Source: Nemertoderma westbladi (lineage: Eukaryota > Animalia > Xenacoelomorpha). Taken from it: 40,577 nucleotides of DNA. Below are positions 1-12,400 of this stretch, piece by piece. The notes beneath the pieces were generated by a model, which saw nothing but the letters and a program-made list of their open reading frames with translations, had not been told where the DNA came from and did not search any database. The stretch spans positions 1 to 40,577 of the forward strand of contig JAUCBJ010002019.1 in the NCBI GenBank assembly GCA_032718475.1, read 5' to 3'. The position numbers and the translations under genes are program-made. The first letter of the stretch is position 1. Each line of letters opens with the position of its first letter.

Positions 1-351
1 AAACATTTTGCTGCTTAATAAAATTAATTCTCACAGTCAATTATTTATGAGGGCACTATTATAGTCAATAAGATAAGATTTGAAACACAATATTATTAAC
101 TTTAGCAAGTTGTGTTTTGTTTTCTACCCTTCAGTCTTACACTGTGTTTTCTGCTCCCGCACCGACACAGATATCATACGTCATAGAGGTAGATGGACAA
201 TGTCGTGGCTCATTCAATACAAACAGTTGAATGATCTCAATGCTGTAACGGACTGATGCATGTTGTAATTCACTAATTAATGAACTACATTTTACTTCTA
301 ATATTATGTTTTAGTTTGTGTGATTTTTACAATTTTATTAATTTTTTTCAG

Positions 352-495
352 GTAAAGGATTTGAAAAGTTTTCATGATTCTTTAAAGAAAGAGCAAAGAG
401 AATTAAAGGCGGAAGTGGACAGAATGCCTAAGAACGAACGCAAAGAGGCGTACAAGAGACGGAAAGACGAGTTGGATATTCAGCATCAAGAAAAG
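352..495 (+). CDS. SLK: SLK/STK10-like kinase, C-terminal coiled-coil region, internal exon (first visible)
   Basis: ttttcag| acceptor and |gtgag donor, phase 0-0, 144 nt. Encodes VKDLKSFHDSLKKEQRELKAEVDRMPKNERKEAYKRRKDELDIQHQEK and splices in frame to the following exons. Confidence 0.85.
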
Positions 496-849
496 GTGAG
501 AGATAATAATTAATTAATATTAATTAATTATAAGTCTATAGTTGTAGGCTAGCTAATGATGATACCTAAACAATCCGTTCCTTTTATTTACATGTAGAAA
601 GTAAACTTGTGACTCGTCTTCTGGTTGTTAGTAGTCCTTATAGTTGTTAATTAATTTACAGTTCGTACTCCTAATTGTTACTGCGGCCAAGCGACGCAAA
701 CCGTTAAGTATTCTGGTTAAATACCCAAACCACCTAAATTTTCCTTCTCCAAACTCTTTTTTATTTTATTTATTTAGTATTTACTGATGTCAAAATGTCA
801 AACGAAGGATTTTATCATTTATTTATCCTACATTTTTGCAAATTTTTAG

Positions 850-944
850 GAAAAACAATTTCTTTCTCGTCAGAACCAACAACTCAACAATTCGTTGGAA
901 CAGCTAAAAATCCAACATCGCGAAGATTTAAAGAGAACTGAGTT
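850..944 (+). CDS. SLK: SLK/STK10-like kinase, internal exon
   Basis: tttttag| acceptor and |gtaagt donor, 95 nt, phase 0-2. Encodes EKQFLSRQNQQLNNSLEQLKIQHREDLKRTE(L). Too short for the ORF track, but its phases bridge the neighbouring exons exactly. Confidence 0.8.
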
Positions 945-1057
945 GTAAGTAGAATTTGTTTTGTTTTTACTTTTTAGTATATTTTTTGTTTTAGTGGGTC
1001 TCGTGCAGTTAGTTGTGCTATAGAGTCCGGTGCTTTTTTTTTTTTTTTTTTAGAATA

Positions 1058-2133
1058 GCCCCGCCCCCGCAGCCCTGCAGCCCTGCACCCCGCCCCCGCA
1101 GCCCTGCACCCGCAGCCCTGCACCCGCAGCCCTGAACCCGCAGCCCTGCAACCAGCAGCCCTGCACCCCGCACCCGCAGCCCTGCACCCCGCACCCGCAG
1201 CCCTGCACCCCGCAGTCCTGCAGCCCTGCACCCCGCCCCCGCAGCCCTGCACCCCGCCCCCGCAGCCCTGCACCCGCAGCCCTGAACCCGCAGCCCTGCA
1301 ACCAGCAGCCCTGCACCCCGCACCCGCAGCCCTGCACCCCGCACCCGCAGCCCTGCACCCCGCAGTCCTGCAGCCCTGCACCCCGCCCCCGCAGCCCTGC
1401 ACCCCGCCCACGCGCCCTTCACCCTGCACGCCGCCCCCGCAGCCCTGCTCCCCGCCCCGCAGCCCTGCACCCTGCAGCCCTGCACCCCGCCCCCGCAGCC
1501 CTGCACCCTGCAGCCCTGCACCCCGCCCCCGCAGCCCTGCACCCGCAGCCCTGAACCCGCAGCCCTGCAACCAGCAGCCCTGCACCCCGCACCCGCAGCC
1601 CTGCACCCCGCACCCGCAGCCCTGCACCCCGCCCCCGCAGCCCTGCACCCCGCCCCCGCAGCCCTGCACCCGCAGCCCTGCACCCGCAGCCCTGAACCCG
1701 CAGCCCTGCAACCAGCAGCCCTGCACCCCGCACCCGCAGCCCTGCACCCCGCACCCGCAGCCCTGCACCCCGCAGTCCTGCAGCCCTGCACCCCGCCCCC
1801 GCAGCCCTGCACCCCGCCCCCGCAGCCCTGCACCCCGCCCCCGCAGCCCTGCACCCGCAGCCCTGAACCCGCAGCCCTGCAACCAGCAGCCCTGCACCCC
1901 GCACCCGCAGCCCTGCACCCCGCACCCGCAGCCCTGCACCCCGCAGTCATGCAGCCCTGCACCCCGCCCCCGCAGCCCTGCACCCCGCCCACGCGCCCTT
2001 CACCCTGCACGCCGCCCCCGCAGCCCTGCTCCCCGCCCCGCAGCCCTGCACCCTGCAGCCCTGCACCCCGCCCCCGCAGCCATGCACCCTGCAGCCCTGC
2101 ACCCCGCCCCCGCAGCCCTGCAACCTGCAACCT
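1058..2133. repeat. GC-rich intronic minisatellite built from variants of gcagccctgcaccccgcccc
   Basis: Tandem C-rich modules with larger duplicated blocks. The rare module ccacgcgcccttcaccctgcacgccg occurs near 1408 and near 1989. Preceded by a poly-T run. Confidence 0.95.
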
Positions 2134-2304
2134 GGTATGTTAACAATTAATTGATTGATTATCTGACGATAATTATATTGTTTAACATTATTAACATCGT
2201 GGGTCCCTTTTCTGCGCTGGGTTCCCAGGCCCTATCATCGTTTTTCTTCCCACTACTGTCTCTATAACGATGAGTTTTAGAGTGGTTTCATTATTGTTTG
2301 TCAG

Positions 2305-2464
2305 GAATTTTTTATTGGAGAAACATCAGTTACATCGCGCCCGGGAGTCGGCCTTGTGGGAGTTGGAGGAACGGCACCTACACGATAAACACCAGCTGTC
2401 CAAACAGCAGCTCAAGGATATATTCTTCCTGCAACGGCACCAAATGTTGGACAGACACGATAAG
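2305..2464 (+). CDS. SLK: SLK/STK10-like kinase, internal exon
   Basis: tgtcag| acceptor and |gtgcgt donor, 160 nt, phase 2-0. RARESALWELEERHLHDKHQLSKQQLKDIFFLQRHQML matches the SLK/STK10 coiled-coil motif as I recall it (WELEERHLQEKHQLLKQQLKD). Confidence 0.92.
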
Positions 2465-2912
2465 GTGCGTTACCTACCCACACACCCTACAACCTTCACC
2501 TATTATACATAATTAAAGACTTACGTCAGACTATTTACTGTAAGTAACGTAAATTCAAATTGCATAATGACTTGGGGCATTTTTTTGATAAGTGGTTTTT
2601 TTTTTCTTTATTTAAAATTGTTGCAGTGCGACATAGAATTCAAGCACAATTTTGCCAAATACTTCTTGCAACACTTTTTCCGCCAGTTGGTATAAAAATG
2701 TAATACATTATTATGAGTTTTTTTAACATCACGAGCTTAAGTGACTCCAAGACATTCGCACAAAACTGGTAAAGTCTCTATTTTTAATTGTCATTACTAG
2801 AAAGTACCATGAGGTTACTTACAGTAGGTAGGAGTTACAAATATTAGCTTGACACACTTACTGCACTAACTTCTTATTATTTTACAAGAAAATATATATC
2901 TGAAATTCTATA

Positions 2913-3876
2913 CTACTAGGATCGGCATGCTGCATTGCAGCTGCATTTTTAAGAATGCTGTGCCGGCTTGTCAACAAAATTGCACCGCCACAACGCCCTA
3001 TCACCCATGACATTTGCTAGATCATCCGCATCTTTAAGGCCAGTGTCCTTTAAGATGCGTCTCAAGAAAGTCATGGGCTGTCCACCATGCTTATTCATGA
3101 GGCTGCCAAAGTACAAGATTATGCACTGGCTGGTCCTCACGACGAAAGCAATGTCCTGCAAAGCGGAGGCGACTTTGTTCTAGTGTCAAGCTTGGGGGAA
3201 CCAATGAGACACCTCCAATGTTATATAGTGTCTGGTTGGAGATGTGTGCATTGTACTTGACACAATGAACCCGGCGTATAATTCTTGTGAATGTGCCATC
3301 CAGAGATTTGGTGTCCTCAGCAGTTAGAGCCCAGCATGGACTCCCATAGAGGAGTACTGGAACTACTGCTGCTCTAAATAATCGGACCTTAAGTTTCCGA
3401 TTAATTCTCGGTGACTTCCAAATCCTGGAAAGCCTATTCAAGGCTGCCCATGCCTTTCCCTTACGTATTCGAAGGTCCTCACCTGACTTCCGGATCCATG
3501 ATCCCAGGTAACAGAAGTCGTCCACATGCTCAAGCATACCATCCTTTGGGCTTATGCTCATCCGATCAGAGACTTGCTGAGGACTTTCAAAGTTAACTGT
3601 CAGAATTTTGGTCTTTCTGGAGTTAATAAAAAGACCAACACTAGAAGCAGCATGTTCTAATGAGCTGAGGAGCCGTTGGGCTCCCTCTAATGATTCTGAG
3701 AGTACTCCTAAGTCATCATCAAAGTCTAGATCAGTTAGGTACTTGGCAGGACTTTCCTCGACTTCTGGAGCCAGTAGGTGGAGTTATCATCACCCCATCA
3801 TCATTATAATGATCTAAGGACATGCGTAGAACATAGTCAACCACAATAATGAACAAGAATGGTGCAAGTGTGTCTC
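2913..3876 (-). mobile_element. 5'-truncated RTE-type non-LTR retrotransposon, family A
   Basis: Minus strand gives GDTLAPFLFIIVVDY, YLTDLDFDDD (degenerate FADD), FCYLGS and RLRFAGHC, then a short (TAG)n tail. Perfect 13-bp TSD ctgaaattctata at 2900-2912 and 3877-3889. Confidence 0.93.
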
Positions 3877-4070
3877 CTGAAATTCTATAAACCATGTTCA
3901 AGTATTAATTGTTGCCTAGGTCAGGTTCAGGTACACTTTAAGGTTACAAGTAGATGTATTTGAATAAGATGAACTGTTCGTTCAGTAATACAGTTACAGT
4001 GATATGCTGTGGAAAGTGATTGCAATGACCAATGAGTCACCTCCCAATTTATTTAAAATCACTATAATTT

Positions 4071-5077
4071 TCTAATTAGGATGTGTTTACGGCTGCTAAT
4101 TGAGATGTGGTAGGTTTGTTAATTGGGGTGTGTTTTGGGTTGCTAATTGGGTTGTATTTGGGGTGGCTAATTGGGTTGTATTTAGGGTGGCTAATAGGGA
4201 TGTGTTTGGTGTGGCTAATAGGGATGTGTTTGGGTGGCTGATTGGGTTGTATTTAGGGTGGCTAATTGGGTTGTATTTGGGGTGGCTAATTGGGTTGTAT
4301 TTGGGGTGGCTAATAGGGATGTGTTTGGTGTGGCTAATAGGGATGTGTTTGGGTGGCTGATTGGGTTGTATTTGGGGTGGCTAATAGGGATGTGTTTGGT
4401 GTGGCTAATAGGGATGTGTTTGGGTGGCTGATTGGGTTGTATTTGGGGTGGCTAATAGGGATGTGTTTGGTGTGGCTAATAGGGATGTGTTTGGGTGGCT
4501 GATTGGGTTGTATTTGGGGTGGCTAATAGGGATGTGTTTGGTGTGGCTAATAGGGATGTGTTTGGGTGGCTGATTGGGTTGTATTTGAGGTGGCTAATAG
4601 GGATGTGTTTGGTGTGGCTAATAGGGATGTGTTTGGGTGGCTGATTGGGTTGTATTTGGGGTGGCTAATAGGGATGTGTTTGGTGTGGCTAATAGGGATG
4701 TGTTTGGGTGGCTGATTGGGTTGTATTTGGGGTGGCTAATAGGGATGTGTTTGGTGTGGCTAATAGGGATGTGTTTGGGTGGCTGATTGGGTTGTATTTG
4801 GGGTGGCTAATAGGGATGTGTTTGGTGTGGCTAATAGGGATGTGTTTGGGTGGCTGATTGGGTTGTATTTGAGGTGGCTAATAGGGATGTGTTTGGTGTG
4901 GCTAATAGGGATGTGTTTGGTGTGGCTAATAGGGATGTGTTTGGGTGGCTGAATGGGTTGTGTTTGGTGTGGCTAATAGGGATGTGTTTGGGTGGCTGAT
5001 TGGGTTGTATTTAGGTTGGCTAATAGGGATGTGTTTGGTGTGGCTAATTGGGATGTGTTGGGATTGCTAATTGGGGG
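4071..5077. repeat. G/T-rich intronic minisatellite, 23-24-bp monomers in a 71-bp higher-order unit
   Basis: ggctaatagggatgtgtttggtgt + ggctaatagggatgtgtttgggt + ggctgattgggttgtatttggggt repeated, period 71 bp (e.g. 4381 vs 4452). Confidence 0.95.
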
Positions 5078-5114
5078 TTTTTATAGCTAAATGTCATTTT
5101 TATTTTTCTCGCAG

Positions 5115-5303
5115 GAATTGGAACAAATTAAACTGGAACATCAGGACGACGAGGACGAGTTGAGACGAAGACACCGATTGGAGAAGCAACGGTTGCCACG
5201 GATACAACGACAGGAGGCTAAGACGAGAATGGCGATGTATAGGGAGAGTTTACGAATAAATAGCCAGGGTGCGCCCGAAAACGAAAAAGAGAAAATAAAA
5301 ACT
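5115..5303 (+). CDS. SLK: SLK/STK10-like kinase, internal exon
   Basis: ctcgcag| acceptor and |gttagc donor, 189 nt. RLPRIQRQEAKTRMAMYRESLRIN resembles SLK RLPKIQRSEAKTRMAMFKKSLRIN. Confidence 0.92.
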
Positions 5304-6489
5304 GTTAGCTTTATATTAATTAGCTATTATTAACCATATGAATCTTTCTCATGAAATTTTTTTTTGAAATTTACCTGATATTAAAGAATTTAATCAGCAG
5401 CTTCACGAGAGGGGGGGGGGGGGGGGTGGGGTGGGGCTTTACCTTTTTGGTGACACCTCCAGTTTTTGCAATTAAATTATACTATATATATATATATTTA
5501 AATGTTAAGGGGGGGGGGTAGCGCATTTTCTAACCAAAAAGACGAATATTTGTAACATATCCTATCTGATGCAGAATTTCATGCTGAATCCAAATATGGA
5601 AACCGTTTTCCCATATGTTGCTTAGTTTTCGAGATATCTGGGATAGAAGATACTGGCTCCGATATATCGCGATATCAGTAAAGCCGATGAAGTTTTGGGT
5701 TTGCATTCAATTTCTGCAAATTTCTGTGCCCAGTGGTGCCAATTGGATGTCTCCACGAGAAAGAGCACAAAATTTTAATTGAGAAGGTATTTCTTTATGA
5801 TTATTGGACCTACTGATCAGTTTATAAGATAACTTCAAGTCTCCGGAATGAAGACGGGACTCGAATAAACGACTCTGCGGTCTTTGCGGGATTACACGGA
5901 ATAGACTTATCGGTCATCGGAGATCTTCAAAATGTATAATCTCCAGTTCTAGTGGTCGTACGAAGTTTTTAGGCTTATTCGAAAGCTCTTTTCTTAGAGA
6001 ACAAAGTTACCATTTGATTTAAGATAAAATGGTTGTGAAGCAACATAACATGAATTTGGGTAAAATATGCCTTGAAAATTTTGTTCAAGTTATGATTGCT
6101 CAGGCAGCTTTCAAGAGTTTGCCAAACCAAATGGTAACTTTGGTTATAGGTCCTATGGACTAACATTAGTCCATAGGACTATTTTACTCCAGGATATCAG
6201 GCAGTATTAATTGTTCATATGATCTCAGAGACTTACTCCTCAGAGACTTTCTTCTCAGAGACTAACTTATTGGTAAGTTAAGTTAGGTCTCATAGGACCT
6301 CTATGAGTATAACTCTGATTCTAAGAAAATGTCACATAGTACCTTTTTATACTCAGCCCTTCAATTTTTTATCCTATAAATGGTAACTATTTGATAGACT
6401 ATAATAGACTAATGGTACTCTAGCAGAAACGCGCGGCTAATATTTGGCGTTAAGAAAATAAGTTAATCGCCTCGGGCTATTCATTTTAG

Positions 6490-6729
6490 TTTGAGAAACA
6501 AGAAGAGAAGCGGATGAAAGCAGACAGCCGACGCCAGGAGACCAAACACCAAGCACAGATGGAGGACCTACGGGCCAGACACGATTCCGCCATGACTGAG
6601 CTCCTATTGGTGCAAAACGAAAAGCGAAAAATGCTGATGGAACACGAGACCGCAAAGTTGAAAACGAAGGACGAAGCCCACGGGTTGGAGGTGAAGGAAT
6701 GGAAAGATGGGTTGAGAATGAGAAAAACA
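6490..6729 (+). CDS. SLK: SLK/STK10-like kinase, internal exon
   Basis: ttttag| acceptor and |gtgagt donor, 240 nt. FEKQEEKR...QNEKRKMLMEHETAKLK...EWKDGLRMRK fits the SLK C-terminal coiled coil. Confidence 0.92.
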
Positions 6730-6831
6730 GTGAGTTCATTCGTTAAGTCGATTCTGAGACTCTTTGTATGGAGTATGTGAAGCATGTGAAGTATAGCAGA
6801 CTTTCTGCCGTTATATTTCACTTTGCAGTTA

Positions 6832-7054
6832 CCCCCATGTGAAGAATACCAGGTTTTCACCAGAAACACAGGATGCAGAAGGCCAGAATCTAACCAAAAC
6901 AATAAACGAATAAGTATCTTTACAGGTTATAAGACAGAAATAAGCGCTATAAAACACTTGATAAATTAAAAAAAATAAAAAATCTTCATATATAAAATTC
7001 TAATAAAAAGTCGACCGAAAAGTGAAATCATCGTATTCTTCTTCACATGGGGCG
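6832..7054. mobile_element. Small MITE (Tc1/mariner-like, TA-flanked)
   Basis: Inverted termini ccccatgtgaagaa (6833-6846) and ttcttcacatgggg (7039-7052), with TA on both outer sides. Confidence 0.6.
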
Positions 7055-7289
7055 TATGGAAACATCAATATCTTTATTTGTTATGTTTGTTATAAGTATC
7101 TTCTTTCCTTATGATGACTAATCTTATAATTCAATAATATGTCAAACGCCAAAATGTAATTCAACTGGCCATTTTGAAGATTATTTGCAGATAATATCAT
7201 TCCAGGATACATAAGATTTGAAATCCCATTGATTTAATACTAACACAACAGCTGTCCTTGTCTTACTTAAGTATTTTTTTTCTCCATAG

Positions 7290-7541
7290 AAATTGGAAGA
7301 TTTCTTCAATAGACAGTTAAAAGACTCTGAAGATTATTACTCGCACCCTCCAGCGTCCACAATAAGTTCTAGGAGACTTAGTTTGCCGCATTCCTCACAA
7401 CCATCGCTAGATGGCGACAGCTACTTAGAACAAACAATATTACAGGGAGTAGCGCCATCTGGGGGTGCTTCGGGCAATCGTATAAACATTGGAATTGTTG
7501 TGCATCCAACGCAAGATGGCGCGCCTCTCACGGATTTGTAA
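7290..7541 (+). CDS. SLK: SLK/STK10-like kinase, terminal coding exon
   Basis: Polypyrimidine tract and ccatag| acceptor, phase 0. KLEDFFNRQLKDSEDYY...PLTDL*, TAA at 7539-7541. AATAAA motifs lie downstream near 8081 and 8124. Confidence 0.85.
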   Translation, partial: KLEDFFNRQLKDSEDYYSHPPASTISSRRLSLPHSSQPSLDGDSYLEQTILQGVAPSGGASGNRINIGIVVHPTQDGAPLTDL

Positions 7542-8355
7542 TAATTAATATAAATTATAATCCCTGGGCCTGTGGAACTAATATTGTAATTAATGGATTT
7601 CTGGATTAAAACGAATGTTTTATACGGAGTTGCCGTTAATTATAATATTAATTACAATTTTTAAGTAAGTTTTTCATAATATTTTTATGCAGATTATGTC
7701 CACCTAATTCTAGTAATAGCCCAATTTGTGCACTAGGAGTGAAGGAGGGTTAGTTTAGTACAATGAACGTTCAACTTTATTTGATTGCTTCTTTATTGTA
7801 CTTCCACGATATCCTGTATTTCCATGGGTTTTATTTAACTAGGTGGTGGAGTTTTATGATACTTTTGGTTTGCTATCCAACATTGAGTTGTCAATGTAGT
7901 CCATTCCATTTGGTTAAAATTATCATGTAATTGTTTTTCAATATTGAAAGTTTTGTAACAATGAATTTGAGGAATTAACTTTTAAATTTTGAACTCAAAA
8001 TGAAATTTATTGTGTAATCTCACACATTATATTTACTCCTAATACCGAAATATCGTAAACTATATTATTTATTATCACTAAATAAACCCCATTTTTCCTT
8101 TCGCCATAAAGCCGTTAATTATTAATAAAATTAGCTATTATTTTCATAAACATTAATTCAATGCTTTTCTTCCCACTAAATATTTATCAATAACATTTTT
8201 TTACATCGATACAACCTTAACATATTCTTCATCAGGGCCTCGAAAATTAGTCCCGGATAATTTCAACTGCCATCGCTGTTCCCCCATTTCACAATATAAA
8301 TAACTAATATTATACGGAATATTAGTTATTTATACAAAACATCGTTTTAAAGCGA

Positions 8356-9146
8356 ACTAAAAGAAAGTTACACAAAGTGGCTTGAGTAAATACTAAAAGA
8401 AAGTTACACAAAGTGACTCGAGTAAATACTAAAAGAAAGTTACACAAAGTGGCTCGAGTAAATACTAAAAGAAAGTTACACAAAGTGGATCGAGTAAATA
8501 CTAAAAGAAAGTTACACAAAGTGGCTCGAGTAAATACTAAAAGAAAGTTACACAAAGTGGCTCGAGTAAATACTAAAAGAAAGTTACGCAAAGTGGCTCG
8601 AGTAAATACTAAAAGAAAGTTACACAAAGTGGCTCGAGTAAATACTAAAAGAAAGTTACACAAAGTGGCTCGAGTAAATACTAAAAGAAAGTTACACAAA
8701 GTGGCTCGAGTAAATACTAAAAGAAAGTTACACAAAGTGGCTCGAGTAAATACTAAAAGAAAGTTACACAAAGTGGCTCGAGTAAATACTAAAAGAAAGT
8801 TACACAAAGTGGCTCGAGTAAATACTAAAAGAAAGTTACACAAAGTGGCTCGAGTAAATACTAAAAGAAAGTTACACAAAGTGGATCGAGTAAATACTAA
8901 AAGAAAGTTACACAAAGTGGATCGAGTAAATACTAAAAGAAAGTTACACAAAGTGGATCGAGTAAATACTAAAAGAAAGTTACACAAAGTGGCTCGAGTA
9001 AATACTAAAAGAAAGTTACACAAAGTGGCTCGAGTAAATACTAAGAAAGTTACACAAAGTGGATCGAGTAAATACTAAAAGAAAGTTACACAAAGTGGCT
9101 CGAGTAAATACTAAAAGAAAGTTACACAAAGTGGCTCGAGTAAATA
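8356..9146. repeat. 36-bp tandem array (~22 copies)
   Basis: Unit taaatactaaaagaaagttacacaaagtggctcgag, near-identical head-to-tail copies, no spacers. Confidence 0.97.
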
Positions 9147-9448
9147 TATCAATGTAATAAACAATTTTATAACTTCGAGGTTTAAGTTTATTTCATGTTG
9201 CGAGGTCTTATATTTCAGCTAGGTATATCGTTTGGTTGCCCGCTATTAATATTCCTGATTCCCATAAACCATTACTTTGTTAATTAATGCCCAGTTCGGA
9301 AGATACTAACCCATGTGCCGTTTTTCCACTGAACCAGGGGAGTATATAAATGTTTTGCATGTTTTTTTTGCAAGTAATATGATTGTTATCAATAATCCCA
9401 CTGATGTCCGTCCAGCTGGCATCATTGAGGATGTTGTGTAATTTTCCA

Positions 9449-12400
9449 CTATATTTTACATTAAGACAGTCCATCTGATTGCTCTCGGCTATATTTTACA
9501 TTAAGACAGTCCATCTGATTGCTCTCGGCTATATTTTACATTAAGACAGTCCATCTGATTGCTCTCGGCTATGTTTTACATTAAGACAGTCCATCTGATT
9601 GCTCTCGGCTATGTTTTACATTAAGACAGTCCATCTGATTGCTCTCGGCTATATTTTACATTAACACAGTCCATCTGATTGCTCTCGGCTATGTTTTACA
9701 TTAAGACAGTCCATCTGATTGCTCTCGGCTATGTTTTACATTAAGACAGTCCATCTGATTGCTCTCGGCTATATTTTACATTAAGACAGTCCATCTGATT
9801 GCTCTCGGCTATATTTTACATTAAGACAGTCCATCTGATTGCTCTCGGCTATGTTTTACATTAAGACAGTCCATCTGATTGCTCTCGGCTATATTTTACA
9901 TTAACACAGTCCATCTGATTGCTCTCGGCTATATTTTACATTAAGACAGTCCATCTGATTGCTCTCGGCTATATTTTACATTAAGACAGTCCATCTGATT
10001 GCTCTCGGCTGTGTTTTACATTAAGACAGTCCATCTGATTGCTCTCGGCTATGTTTTACATTAAGACAGTCCATCTGATTGCTCTCGGCTATATTTTACA
10101 TTAAGACAGTCCATCTGATTGCTCTCGGCTGTGTTTTACATTAAGACAGTCCATCTGATTGCTCTCGGCTATGTTTTACATTAAGACAGTCCATCTGATT
10201 GCTCTCGGCTATATTTTACATTAAGACAGTCCATCTGATTGCTCTCGGCTATGTTTTACATTAAGACAGTCCATCTGATTGCTCTCGGCTATATTTTACA
10301 TTAAGACAGTCCATCTGATTGCTCTCGGCTATATTTTACATTAAGACAGTCCATCTGATTGCTCTTGGCTATATTTTACATTAAGACAGTCCATCTGATT
10401 GCTCTCGGCTATGTTTTACATTAAGACAGTCCATCTGATTGCTCTCGGCTGTGTTTTACATTAAGACAGTCCATCTGATTGCTCTCGGCTATGTTTTACA
10501 TTAAGACAGTCCATCTGATTGCTCTCGGCTATGTTTTACATTAAGACAGTCCATCTGATTGCTCTCGGCTATATTTTACATTAAGACAGTCCATCTGATT
10601 GCTCTCGGCTATATTTTACATTAAGACAGTCCATCTGATTGCTCTCGGCTATGTTTTACATTAAGACAGTCCATCTGATTGCTCTCGGCTATGTTTTACA
10701 TTAAGACAGTCCATCTGATTGCTCTCGGCTATGTTTTACATTAAGACAGTCCATCTGATTGCTCTCGGCTATATTTTACATTAAGACAGTCCATCTGATT
10801 GCTCTCGGCTATGTTTTACATTAAGACAGTCCATCTGATTGCTCTCGGCTATGTTTTACATTAAGACAGTCCATCTGATTGCTCTCGGCTATGTTTTACA
10901 TTAAGACAGTCCATCTGATTGCTCTCGGCTATGTTTTACATTAAGACAGTCCATCTGATTGCTCTTGGCTATGTTTTACATTAAGACAGTCCATCTGATT
11001 GCTCTCGGCTATGTTTTACATTAAGACAGTCCATCTGATTGCTCTCGGCTATATTTTACATTAAGACAGTCCATCTGATTGCTCTCGGCTATATTTTACA
11101 TTAAGACAGTCCATCTGATTGCTCTCGGCTATGTTTTACATTAAGACAGTCCATCTGATTGCTCTTGGCTATGTTTTACATTAAGACAGTCCATCTGATT
11201 GCTCTCGACTATGTTTTACATTAAGACAGTCCATCTGATTGCTCTCGGCTATATTTTACATTAAGACAGTCCATCTGATTGCTCTCGGCTATGTTTTACA
11301 TTAAGACAGTCCATCTGATTGCTCTCGGCTATGTTTTACATTAAGACAGTCCATCTGATTGCTCTCGGCTATGTTTTACATTAAGACAGTCCATCTGATT
11401 GCTCTCGGCTATATTTTACATTAAGACAGTCCATCTGATTGCTCTCGGCTATGTTTTACATTAAGACAGTCCATCTGATTGCTCTCGGCTATATTTTACA
11501 TTAAGACAGTCCATCTGATTGCTCTCGGCTATATTTTACATTAAGACAGTCCATCTGATTGCTCTCGGCTATGTTTTACATTAAGACAGTCCATCTGATT
11601 GCTCTTGGCTATGTTTTACATTAAGACAGTCCATCTGATTGCTCTCGGCTATGTTTTACATTAAGACAGTCCATCTGATTGCTCTCGGCTATATTTTACA
11701 TTAAGACAGTCCATCTGATTGCTCTCGGCTATGTTTTACATTAAGACAGTCCATCTGATTGCTCTCGGCTATATTTTACATTAAGACAGTCCATCTGATT
11801 GCTCTCGGCTATATTTTACATTAAGACAGTCCATCTGATTGCTCTCGGCTATATTTTACATTAAGACAGTCCATCTGATTGCTCTCGGCTATGTTTTACA
11901 TTAAGACAGTCCATCTGATTGCTCTCGGCTATATTTTACATTGAGACAGTCCATCTGATTGCTCTCGGCTATATTTTACATTAAGACAGTCCATCTGATT
12001 GCTCTCGGCTATGTTTTACATTAAGACAGTCCATCTGATTGCTCTCGGCTATATTTTACATTAAGACAGTCCATCTGATTGCTCTCGGCTATGTTTTACA
12101 TTAAGACAGTCCATCTGATTGCTCTCGGCTATGTTTTACATTAAGACAGTCCATCTGATTGCTCTCGGCTATGTTTTACATTAAGACAGTCCATCTGATT
12201 GCTCTCGGCTATGTTTTACATTAAGACAGTCCATCTGATTGCTCTCGGCTATATTTTACATTAAGACAGTCCATCTGTTTGCTCTCGGCTGTATTTTACA
12301 TTAAGACAGTCCATCTGATGGCTCTTGGCTATATTTTACATTAAGACAGTCCATCTGATTGCTCTCGGCTATATTTTACATTAAGACAGTCCATCTGATT

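Noticed and set aside
974-2143. Long Gly/Cys/Ala/Arg-rich ORFs on both strands
   Set aside because: By-products of a stop-free GC minisatellite inside an SLK intron.
6150-6179. Perfect 14-bp palindrome gtcctatggactaa-ca-ttagtccataggac in an SLK intron
   Set aside because: Real, but isolated within probable degraded repeat sequence; no element boundaries or function can be supported.
8322-9078. 221-233-aa repetitive ORFs, and a CRISPR-like 36-bp repeat length
   Set aside because: The unit is a multiple of 3 without stops in these frames. Copies are head-to-tail with no spacers, there are no cas genes, and the context is eukaryotic.
8233-9210. hAT-like termini around the 36-bp array (cagggcctcgaa / ttcgagg)
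   Set aside because: Only ~7 bp of inverted match and no TSD.
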